Of a DNA stretch of 64,000 bases, positions 30,201 through 38,700 are shown one piece after another (the stretch's first letter is position 1; each line of letters starts with the position of its first letter). Origin of the DNA: a virus. The translations under genes and the position numbers were made by a program. The notes under the pieces were generated by a model. It was given only the letters and a program-made list of their open reading frames with translations. It searched no databases and was not told the origin of the DNA. Location of the stretch: the IMG/VR virus record IMGVR_UViG_3300028534_000018, positions 21,934 through 85,933 of that record; one strand, written 5' to 3'.

Positions 30201-33200
30201 AAGGAAATCAATTTCATTTTCGATTATACCTACTGTTTCATCATTAGACATCGTTGGAAGAGATGGATCAAATGAGCTGTCACTTGTTGGTACAATTCCA
30301 TTTTCTCTCATCATATCCTCAACATGCTTTGCTGCATTGTTTATGTATGAGAATAATAATGTTCCATCTTTTTGTCTTTCTTGTTTATTTAGCTCGAATG
30401 TGTTTTTTATATTATCAAAATGTTGCCCAGCAGCATCATTATCATTAAACGCTTTTATTTTTGATACATTTCTACCATCTGTATATTTAAGCAATGGTGC
30501 CATTGCTTTTCCAATTGGAAGTTTATTGTTTTTGTCATTAACAGGTGGGAGTTGATGATAGTCACCAAGCATAAATACTTTAAGTATTTTCCCATTCTTT
30601 TTTGCATATAGCTGTGCAGCCATAATAAATTTAATATCATCAGAAGATAGCATACTAACTTCATCGATCACAAATATAATTTTTCTTGACATGCTATTAT
30701 CTATTTGTTTTACAATATTTGAGAATGGTCCTAGCTGCACACCCATTTCATCAACAAAAGTCCTTCTAGATTTATCAGAGTTGAATGTTGGCTTATTTGA
30801 TATTTTAGATCCGTAGAACAAAGACGCAAGAGTATAAATACTGGATCCAGAGATGTTTTTCTTGTTCATGCTCTCTGTCATATCTTTTAATACATCTTTG
30901 GCTACATGCATAAATGCAGCACCAATCATTTTTGGTCTATCGAAGTACGAATCACCTTTTGCTTCTTCTGCTTTTTTTACAGCTTCTTCTGCGTAAAGAT
31001 CAATTATTCTACCAATTGTAGTTGATTTACCAGTACCACCTTTTCCTTGGACAATAAAGATATTGTCGCTAATCTCATCAGAGTCATTTTCAAGAAATTC
31101 AACACCAAGATCTATTAACTTCTTCTGATCTTCATTTGCGGTAAACTTTCCACCCTGTAGTGCATATCTATCATTATTGTTATTGCTATCCTCATTAAAT
31201 CCGTTTTCATATATTTTATTTATTTTGTCTGACAACGTAGATATAAGTCTTTCAATTTTATTAGCAATATCTTGTGCGTGTGGATCACTTATGGTTTCTG
31301 CGGTATTGCTAATGACAAGTCCAAAGCCAGCGAGATCAAGTATTGAACTTACTATCATTCCTTTTTCATAATCATCAGACATGTCACTACTAATAATTTT
31401 TTTCATATTGCTAAAAAAATCATAAAAAGTATTTTTTGATAGTTGATTGGTAGTATCTTCTGGAGACATCTCAAGCACTACTGTGTTTTCATCTGACAAT
31501 ATTTTATCGAGAGTCTCAATGGCAAGATCTCTTATTTTCTCTATTTTTTCGTCTGTTGTTTTTTTGTTACTGGAACCAGTTGTGCTATCTTGTTCGCCTG
31601 TATTGTTATTTTTATATTTATCATCAATATTGTTATTTACATAATCAAAGAACTTGTCTTCAAATACAATATTTTCTGGATATGATCCATGAATTTTTAT
31701 TGCCTTAGCAAACATGTCTGCTATTTCTTTCGGCTTGAATCCACTAAGAAGTGATTTATTTTTATTGTCTGTTGGAATAGAGTACGCTATTAAGAAATCT
31801 TTATCTTTATTTTTGTCGGCATATTCGTATAACTTAACAATACTATTTACTATATCTTGCTTGCTTCTTGATTTACCAGCAGCTTTTACTTTTGTTGGCA
31901 ATGCGTAGGATGCACCACTGGTTCCCTCCTGATATCCTTCTCCAATACCTTTTACGTTCCATTTGCCTTTCCAGCCATTTTCTTTTGATGAGTACCCAAA
32001 TTCTTTATGTTTATTTCCTGAAACACCAAATGACGCAAATCCTGCGGAACCAGCACCATGAAAGCCATCTTCATTGCTTCCAAATACAAATACTTCATTG
32101 TCTTTTAACGCATTTATGTTTCCATGATATTTTTTTCTTCCACTATTTCTGTCTATTTCCTTTTTGACTGGAATATTTACATCATCAATATTATCAAGCT
32201 TATCAACTATATCATCAAAGAATTCAGCAACGTTTGCTAACACTTTTGCATGATTAAATTTATCGTCAGCACCAGTACCGTTATATTTTAATGATTTATA
32301 CTTTTTAATTAAGCCAATATTTTCAAGTATAAACTTTCTTCGCTTTCTAAGATTTTCTTTAAGCATGCCAGAAAGCTTTTTGCCGTTTATCTCTTGTGGC
32401 AATTTACCAGTGAGTAACCATTCAAGGAATTGCTTTGATGCTTCTTCATTTGTTTTTGCAGAAAAATATCCAACAGTTGTTGGTTTGGAATATTTATTAT
32501 TTTCGGCTTCCACATTAAATGGATTACCAAAATTTTCCTTAGCGTTTAACTCAGCATTGCCTATTGTTTCTTTCTTTCCTGAACCAAGTTGTTGAACATT
32601 TATTGTTCCATTTGCATCTATGCTGTATTTAGATGGAATATTTGTTATATCAAAAGTTCCGTTGATCTCAGAATTCGTATTTTCATTATTATCTTGATTG
32701 TTTGATGTATTGTTGTTATTGTTATTGCTTGTTGATGGTTCTTTGCCCTGTGCTTTGTTTATTTCTTTTTGTGTGGAATCAATTATCTCATTGATTTCGG
32801 AAAGAATTGTTCTTATTTCATTTGCTTTTTCGTCATTATTCTTATTTTTGTCAAATTCCTTTTTTAGATCAGAAATAATACTGTCAAGAGCGAGCATTGC
32901 AAATTCGACAGTCGCTTTTTTGTAATTATCTATGTTTATTTTTTTATTTATATCAAGAATAAGATCTTCTATAGTTATGAGATCCTCGTCAAAACTTGAT
33001 GGGTACTTACTAGCAAGTGTTGTGAGGTTAAAAGATGAATTCATGCGATCAAACAACAACTGAGCCTCAACCTTTGAAACAAGTTCGCCAGCATCAACAC
33101 TGTATGCCTCACCAGGACCTTCAACGGTTGTATCTTCACTGAATATTTCATTGTTGTCTTTTTTTGAAATAACTGATGAAATATATTTTTTTGCCTTATC

Positions 33201-35759
33201 ATATATTTTATTTATAAATAATTCATTCCTATTATCTGCTGAATGGTTATTGTCATTGCTTGCTTTATCTTGAGTGTCATTATTATTATCGCTAATGTTA
33301 TTGTTATTATTATTGTTATTCTTTTTTACATGGATTGCGGCATCAACAAGTGCTTTGCTATCTGAATATTTTGCATCTTTTGTAGTAGTTCTTGAATAAA
33401 CAATATCTGCATTTAATATGTCATCAATATGATCAAGTATATATATTCTTCTTTTTTGTAATTTATCTTTATCGCCAGTATATCCTTCTGGAACTTTTCC
33501 GCTAACAATCCATTCTCTGAAGGCAACACTTGCATCATCGTATGTTTTGATACTTTTTACTACTTGATCAATATCTTTGTTTATTACTTTCTTTTTTGAA
33601 TTTTTTGGTAAGAACGGATTAGCAAATATCTCAATCTTATCTTTTTCATTTGCTACATATATTGGATTGTCATATGCTTTTTCTATCGTTGATTTTGCCT
33701 TTCTTCCAGCATCAGTTTCTGGTTCCTTAATCTCTACACCATTTGCCTCGTGATCATTGATCTTACTATTGGAACCAGGTCCCTGTTTGCTATTAGTGTC
33801 ATTTTGTTTTTCCTCATGCTCTTTTTCTTTTTCTAGTTCTTTTCTTTTTTCCTCTTCTTTTCTTTTCATGTCTTTATTGAATTCTTCCATCCACGAATCA
33901 CGATATGCATGAGATTTCCCTGGATCACCTGGAAAATTCTTTTCTAAGTTTTTGACAATATCATAAAACTCACGCATCAATACACGACCTCTTCCTTCTT
34001 GACCATGTGTTCCGTGATAATCAGCTTTTGCTTTTTCTATTATTTTTTTATACTTTTCATCATTTTTATCATATGTAGTATTATTATCTTGTACGGAACC
34101 AGGTTGACTATATCGCTCATTGTCTGCTTTTTGTTCTTCTTTTTGGTCTTGATCTACTGATTGTTCTTGCGATTGTTTTTCTGCTCTAAATGGTTGTCTC
34201 TTATTGTTATCATCGTAGAATGGTTTATCATTTACTTCTACTTCACTTCTGGTTCCACCATGCTGTTTAATGACATTGCCTGGAACATGTCTAAAGGTTA
34301 TACTGTATCTTCCACCTTTATCAGCATGGCCAACGGAGTGATACGTATTTCCTGTTGACATAACTGAAAAGGAATTGTCAAGAACCTTTGCATTTACTTT
34401 GTCATCATTATTGCCAAATGAATGATTTGTTTTTGTTTTTCCAATAGAGAATATAGAAACAGATCCATATGATCCATTTTCATCTTTGTATATGCTCTCA
34501 GCATCAGTATGGTTTCCTATGCCATTACCTTCGGCAAAATAATTTATGAGAACATGATTGTAATATCCATTTGGTTTCCCATCCAATTCTTCTGCAAGTC
34601 TTGCAAGATCTTTCAATTCTTGTGGCATTTCTTTCGGGTTATGTGATGTTCCAGCATATTTATAAGGAACCTTGTCAGCGCCATTTTCGCCAAAAACAAT
34701 TGATCTTTGTCTGTCTTTTGCTTTACTTCCTTTTAAATTTGTTCTAAGTTCATCTGCATATTCGCTGTCTTTTTGGTCAAGAAGATTTGCAACAAATGCT
34801 TTAATGCGCATGTATTGATCATTGTTAAATATATCTTTTACTATTTTTACAGTTGCATCTTTTCCGTTAGCATCTTTTACTTTTGTTAATGGTTCTTCTT
34901 TCCTGGTTCCTCTGCGGTTAGCCCTACTCTCTTCATCGAATCCACCAGTATTTTTCCCACTCAATACTGAATTAAGCTTTTCTCTCCAATTTGGATCAGC
35001 CATATTAATTACAGGTATTCCAAGCGCAGCAGCAAGTGCTATTGCTTGACCAGTACCACCAGTGCTTCTTGGATCATCTTTACCACCATGGAATCTTCCA
35101 TCAGCATCAACAACAACTTCACCTTTGTCATTTAGTGGTGCCCATGCTATTAAAAAATCAACAGGGCTATCGAGGTTTGGCCCTAGAACTTGAAAAGCAT
35201 TTCTTGCCATAAGTTCTTCTTGATATTTTGTAAGCTTGTCTGGAGATGGATGAACAGCTTTCATTATTTCAATTGCAAGCTTTGTTATATCTTCTCCAAA
35301 TGTCTTATTGGCAATATGTTCTCTTGTAAATATTTCTTTTTTAGCTCCAGCTGTTTCTTCAAATGCTTTATCTGCACCGTCTGCTTTACCGCTAAGTAAT
35401 GTATATCCTTCTTCAGCAAGCTCTCCACCAAGTTTCTTCATTTCGTTAATGATGTTTTCAGGCGTGCGTCTACTTCCAACACCAGCGTAGCGTAATGATT
35501 TATGACCCTTAACCTTGAATGGCAATCCTTTGTCAAGCACAAAGCGTTGAATCTTATCGGACTCAGTAAGCTTTCCTTCTCCAATCGTAACACCAAACGA
35601 TGCTTCAAGTTTTTCTCGCTGGATCCTCATTTCAACATTTTTCCACCTGGTTCCACCAAGAACAATTGTTTCTATACCTTTTCTAATACCAGGTTTATTT
35701 TTAACAAGATCACCGATATTCAGCTTTTCAATTATAGTATCAATAATACAACTTGCCAT
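24237..35759 (-). CDS. Giant 3840-aa polyvalent (multi-enzyme) protein, probably packaged and ejected
   Basis: DprA/SLOG-like, 2OG-Fe(II) AlkB-like, two GNPF/ANPF (DUF4326-like) domains, VFVFGSN domain, RecD/Dda-like helicase, two NADAR-like domains, HEYAH zincin, NTase-like GS..DxD; Asn/Gln-rich linkers. Confidence 0.8.
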   Translation of the reverse strand: MASCIIDTIIEKLNIGDLVKNKPGIRKGIETIVLGGTRWKNVEMRIQREKLEASFGVTIGEGKLTESDKIQRFVLDKGLPFKVKGHKSLRYAGVGSRRTPENIINEMKKLGGELAEEGYTLLSGKADGADKAFEETAGAKKEIFTREHIANKTFGEDITKLAIEIMKAVHPSPDKLTKYQEELMARNAFQVLGPNLDSPVDFLIAWAPLNDKGEVVVDADGRFHGGKDDPRSTGGTGQAIALAAALGIPVINMADPNWREKLNSVLSGKNTGGFDEESRANRRGTRKEEPLTKVKDANGKDATVKIVKDIFNNDQYMRIKAFVANLLDQKDSEYADELRTNLKGSKAKDRQRSIVFGENGADKVPYKYAGTSHNPKEMPQELKDLARLAEELDGKPNGYYNHVLINYFAEGNGIGNHTDAESIYKDENGSYGSVSIFSIGKTKTNHSFGNNDDKVNAKVLDNSFSVMSTGNTYHSVGHADKGGRYSITFRHVPGNVIKQHGGTRSEVEVNDKPFYDDNNKRQPFRAEKQSQEQSVDQDQKEEQKADNERYSQPGSVQDNNTTYDKNDEKYKKIIEKAKADYHGTHGQEGRGRVLMREFYDIVKNLEKNFPGDPGKSHAYRDSWMEEFNKDMKRKEEEKRKELEKEKEHEEKQNDTNSKQGPGSNSKINDHEANGVEIKEPETDAGRKAKSTIEKAYDNPIYVANEKDKIEIFANPFLPKNSKKKVINKDIDQVVKSIKTYDDASVAFREWIVSGKVPEGYTGDKDKLQKRRIYILDHIDDILNADIVYSRTTTKDAKYSDSKALVDAAIHVKKNNNNNNNNISDNNNDTQDKASNDNNHSADNRNELFINKIYDKAKKYISSVISKKDNNEIFSEDTTVEGPGEAYSVDAGELVSKVEAQLLFDRMNSSFNLTTLASKYPSSFDEDLITIEDLILDINKKINIDNYKKATVEFAMLALDSIISDLKKEFDKNKNNDEKANEIRTILSEINEIIDSTQKEINKAQGKEPSTSNNNNNNTSNNQDNNENTNSEINGTFDITNIPSKYSIDANGTINVQQLGSGKKETIGNAELNAKENFGNPFNVEAENNKYSKPTTVGYFSAKTNEEASKQFLEWLLTGKLPQEINGKKLSGMLKENLRKRRKFILENIGLIKKYKSLKYNGTGADDKFNHAKVLANVAEFFDDIVDKLDNIDDVNIPVKKEIDRNSGRKKYHGNINALKDNEVFVFGSNEDGFHGAGSAGFASFGVSGNKHKEFGYSSKENGWKGKWNVKGIGEGYQEGTSGASYALPTKVKAAGKSRSKQDIVNSIVKLYEYADKNKDKDFLIAYSIPTDNKNKSLLSGFKPKEIADMFAKAIKIHGSYPENIVFEDKFFDYVNNNIDDKYKNNNTGEQDSTTGSSNKKTTDEKIEKIRDLAIETLDKILSDENTVVLEMSPEDTTNQLSKNTFYDFFSNMKKIISSDMSDDYEKGMIVSSILDLAGFGLVISNTAETISDPHAQDIANKIERLISTLSDKINKIYENGFNEDSNNNNDRYALQGGKFTANEDQKKLIDLGVEFLENDSDEISDNIFIVQGKGGTGKSTTIGRIIDLYAEEAVKKAEEAKGDSYFDRPKMIGAAFMHVAKDVLKDMTESMNKKNISGSSIYTLASLFYGSKISNKPTFNSDKSRRTFVDEMGVQLGPFSNIVKQIDNSMSRKIIFVIDEVSMLSSDDIKFIMAAQLYAKKNGKILKVFMLGDYHQLPPVNDKNNKLPIGKAMAPLLKYTDGRNVSKIKAFNDNDAAGQHFDNIKNTFELNKQERQKDGTLLFSYINNAAKHVEDMMRENGIVPTSDSSFDPSLPTMSNDETVGIIENEIDFLERARGDFKSNPAQTKIITYNNKNVVKYANVVRDLIFGQENAAKFPFIFGDEGSVSDTIILYDTLQELDTKHTNGRQYEIEKIVEPNSNRDRAIARNIKIPHGKNNFNISIIYKDGVELEEYYFKPLDGGHDYFIVRLPKGFFTELNKELTGASSNTNLESAYLDVLNRYVAIEGNVPDNRKYIKDSLSRIPQEEKTKIPELVPFYYSYAITSYKSQGQTIENVYFDPTASMGSKTNTPRGKLSNAQSMYTAMSRAKKKLFILGAIPQIIPNSGDQQTSSKQTNQSNNSQQDSTPGSNNQQQQEPGAQQDTKSTNSTKDDIKNLYDEKEGTVEVWSNAKNKYNGLSNFNAGPVTIQLRDENDNTYDVKFNTIEAAFHAKKAESLIAVAKAAKKKGIINDKEFNDIVSEANKKIVELEKSKTGYAAWKIGKSIPLDKLNGAKETWDKISSNRLEVVMRNHYYNNSNARDLLLSTGMKKITHNAKNKWKEEFPRILMEIRHDLRPGSINQQENQQENQQQQDEVNFTFYDTNSPLRGLSPFGAGPLSVSFPDGNGGSRVYKFDTLEAAFQAKKAAYLAMKAKEVFNDPEATEEAKENAKIAYESARKIFAFLENITKDFVSKQQDARNNNIKHTGEYAHFIGSQLQFRLIPGSAKEFNDNHAAKVMYLLYKNYMTGSDKKSKAVRKLLTKETIENGKKIELKNNTPIEGHYGLVAKVLNKLRDDLLKDNNTNNSQESKHGKKLETNQETEKENKTILDDILDFSAKIHDEEDSGNNANNERNKEPETQKNTTDANNNSIDLNPYGETPVGIQNTIEELHDDGKTIQSVMLMNDTASIVLKNKDGELEHYIYDLNDAPSTEDATRNDLEHRSIIGFFIKNNLKNSNEYHEFINNAKKEQKENKEAEENTSQKEINTIEKAEEQDDDIKENTDITEDNIKEDTTDNTDNNIEQEQEPESNTDENNTNEDNKNKEFLDDILSLSEDDVKTLFTRYKAGTKPDSIIKYDYENGILSIEFKKNSGEIGKIKIAINNEKQNEKVNYKFDALIYESAGKPIVNLLFSTIKKMIDDGFIPKDKIPNIDNSNKETNTKQSNEEKYGVDESAEEETSSDKFFREIESGKDDIETIDDANDIIETIANYSHDINEYERNIIDEILSNIANKYKDEYSKYTKEKIDTLYNLVNKSKNKEIASMLDVMLEYALEDNDNIKNQSTNQSKENSFDRRLNKKIKRLLIELYPNIILKYERDKQLNRRGSADLGAGVVLINTMLAKTDTLPHEYAHHYIHWFRNEPVVKNAIKSYGSEEALVQAIGEEVVNRKGKAYRWWEKFTQWLRNIFNKNIDNKTKEELKNEITRYFLEAKNPGTREKIDIKIKTEENNNDSNENVNIDETLTEYEKRLKNSILKNVDFNNIVTTYGKENIFTAIEQLKNGTPLVNENIATIYIELLAETSYVQNAIEKRMKKEKIGHNDAKKLLASEVASIMNKNIILHDESFIIRLYEKIVKTLRSIFKIIPEKDVDMIALNIENQILSDAILFDHKPGTKKVDPWYDFSNQPEVDNLLGIVSRVMNDDAVFTGSEVLAIAGDIYRKQGEKGTDLHDVDVEISEEGMRKKGKLLEELRKEYNVNRIYDFGVPVNEKLVKIAESLSDNAFHITRFAKIVMKAVDLKLIKSNRFSTYIVTPKNVEVINIERTNGIIGRVYSYDLYDTSKKEIVGTYRAEYRALNAFKTEITKEEYTGEKAILLDLLENKKYFEKEHKTTWTTPKGNEIYISVPYAIFRAKNAISTITPRTKDVFDVNDFYSTNNNKKYNEVKKEFIGKTIVSHEGTGKTLTSKLNKDVVDVDTIISDISGSSIENNEKSLKNKNILDKVKERISELNNSGKTVLIDSKYKKLYDIADIFLFQKDPTTINRYSNTDKSVSQIRKSIEKYYNIIKNKQNVIKLKSLQFVADIILEEDVSQESNTKNNTESIQHKDDTIQLSSKTKELLSKVKDKC

Positions 35760-35762
35760 AGC

Positions 35763-38700
35763 TTAGCACCCTTCAAGTATGTTTTGAGAATCAACATCAG
35801 ATATATTAGAATTAAAGTCACCACTAATCACAGTGGTAAAAAGTCTTATTGCATCTAACGCTTTAAGTATTTTATCTGTTTCATTATTTTCTTTGCCTGT
35901 GACATGATCTAAAATTTCAATGAACCAAGATATATTTGTGCTTATCTTGTCTTCACCATATTCATTTAAAAATATATTTCTAGATCTTACACGCTTCATT
36001 GCTTCTCGCACAAACTTCTTTCTATCATATTTTGCCTTCTCCTCATACATGCTTTTTGGGCCAGGCATTTGATCTGCCTTAATGTCATGGGCAAAGAATT
36101 CTTGTCTATTCTCCCAAATAGTCTCAGAACTATTTAGCAGATCCATTATATCGTTTAGGAATTTTGCTGGAACATGGTCAGGCCCAGCTTTTCTTTTTTC
36201 AGCTTTTGTACTAAGATCATCTAATTCAAGTTTTTCTTCGTGCGATTCATTGTATTTTTGTGCCTCAACATATACTGATTCCATTGCATCATATATTGAG
36301 TTAAGCAAATCATAGCTTTTTGATGTTTGTATAATTGTTTTATTCATGAACCTAAGCTGTGTACCGTTATTGTATCCAGACAATACGATAGCATCGTGGA
36401 CATGGGTTACACCATATTGTTCCATTGCAAAGTTAATAAATCTACTCATGTCTATTGCATCTTCTGTATGTGTTGGAATAACACCAGCAGCGGCATGGGC
36501 TTCACTTATTTTTTTGACAAAGATACGTGAATTCATTGACTTTGTTTTTCTGTTTCCAGATTCGTCAACTACGCTCCATCTGATTTTTGGACGCTTTGAG
36601 TACTGAAGCTCACCATCATTAAGAACAGACGATGTGAAGATTGCTATACCATCAATCATCCTATCTACGGAACCAGGACCCATAAAGACTGGTAGAAATC
36701 TTTTATTTTCTTCAACAAAATCTTTCATTTTTTCTGGAGAAATCGTTACATTTTTTATTCCAGCTTTTTTTTGTTCATCAATGTATTTTTTGATTGTATA
36801 ATTTAATGCTTGGGCGAATATTCTAAATGAATGCCGTGATGCATTGTTTATCTCTTCTGTTACAGCTATCTGTGCACCAAAAGTTTTTTCTATTGCTTCT
36901 GCAACGGCATCGCCTATTGCTGGCTCAAATACTGGGAATATATTATCAATGATAGAATAGAATCTTTTTGTGCCATCACTAAAGGTTATTTCCTTTCCAA
37001 TCTTATCAAGATCATTAACCTTCATTTCATCTATCAGTTGAATAATAATTGTAAACTCTCTCCCAGGAGGTGTTTTGCCATATACCTTTTGGGCAATACC
37101 GTATAAGAATTCACCAGCAGCATTTGCTTTTTTCTTGGCAGCTTCAATCTCTTCTGGTGACATCTTTTTGGCTTCTTCACTATTTTCGTTGAAGTTGTAT
37201 GCAATGATTGCGTTTGTTATTGATGAATAGATTGTTTGTGTTGTGACATTACGGATAACTGTTGTGAGTGCAGAACCATAGTTTACTGTCATTGTTGGAT
37301 TCTTGAAGAGGTCTCGAATCTCTTTATTGATTTCAGTAGAGTCTGGTATAAAATTAAATATTGGACTATCTGCACCTTTTTCAAATATTCCAAATTGGTC
37401 TTTTTTCTTTAGTTTCTTGGCGATCTCTTCTTCAGTGTCTCCACTGCTTTTAATTTTTGAAATAATTCTACTCATTATGGCAGCAGGTGATAATATTGTT
37501 GAAAGTGCTTGTGTTAGATATACGTCAAGTACGCTTCCATTGTCTCTATCTTTTGCGCTTTTTCCTAACTCATCTGACATACTTTCAAAAGTTTCATACT
37601 CTATACCACCATGATACTTATCACCCCTGGTTCCTGATTTGGCTTTATTTGATACGCCCTTGGCAACAATACCACCCTTTGATACAAGCGTTGCGGCATT
37701 ATTTCCAATAAACATTTGTAGCGTCTTAAGGATAACACCGTTTGTTACACCATCATATTCTGTTGATATTACTGTTGTGAATTCATTTCTATTATTCTTG
37801 ACTGCATTCTGATACTCTCGTATTGCATTAAAGCCCTGGATTGCATGACCGAGGTGATCAAAGTCTTTGTTTTTAATCATCTCAACTAATTCTTTTTCAG
37901 ACTTTGCAAGTAATTCATCTGCAAAAGATATCGTATCAGTCAACTCCATTTTATCAATATCGAAGCCAAATGCTTGTGCTATACCAACCTTGAAGCCAAT
38001 GTATTTCTCATCATTATCATTTATCTTAGACACATCATATTTAACAAGAAATTTCTGCGGAACAACAAGCCAGCGGTGTAGTTCTTTTTCTGTTTGTGGA
38101 TTGATTGTAGAGCTATCAAGATAAAGTCTGTTATTTGGTGCCGTAAAGAATTGAAAATACAATGTATTTTCAAAATCATCATCAAGCATTATCTTTTCAT
38201 AGAGTGTTCTTAATTCCCTTACAGCGGCTTCTTTTTCGATGTTTGCTGCAATCTTTGCAGCTTTATCATATTGCAGTGGAATACCATCATCCTCCTCTAT
38301 CTCTTCATCAGGTCTCCAACCGATCAATCGAAGTATTTCATCATTTGTAAGTATTGCATCACCACTAAATAATAGCTTTAATGTTTTTACGAATCCCATA
38401 TATCTCTGTTGTTCTGATTCTGTTAGTGCACGATGAAGTTCCTCACTTGGATCGAAGTAATTGTTTCTTCTTATTCCTCGCTTTCTTGCAGTTGTTTTTC
38501 TCAATGGTTTATTGTGATATGTCTTTTCTCGCTCAGGAAGACCAAGGGACTCCTCAAGAACTTCTACTTCATTTTTATTTGTTTCTATCTCTTTTTCAGT
38601 TAGCTTTTGGGGTCTACCATTAACCTTTCTTGTTGTAACAAAATTAACTTTTGCAGAACCGCTTACATTTCCTTGCGTGAATGTTTTTTCAAGCAACTCA

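Noticed and set aside
32680..33320. Poly-Asn (TTA/TTG)n tracts as functional DNA repeats
   Set aside because: Imperfect low-complexity linkers between domains of the polyvalent protein
24230..35770. Split inteins at the Cys-bearing junctions of the giant ORFs
   Set aside because: No intein block A/B or terminal His-Asn motifs are visible, and the Cys positions (residue 4 and last residue) do not fit intein chemistry
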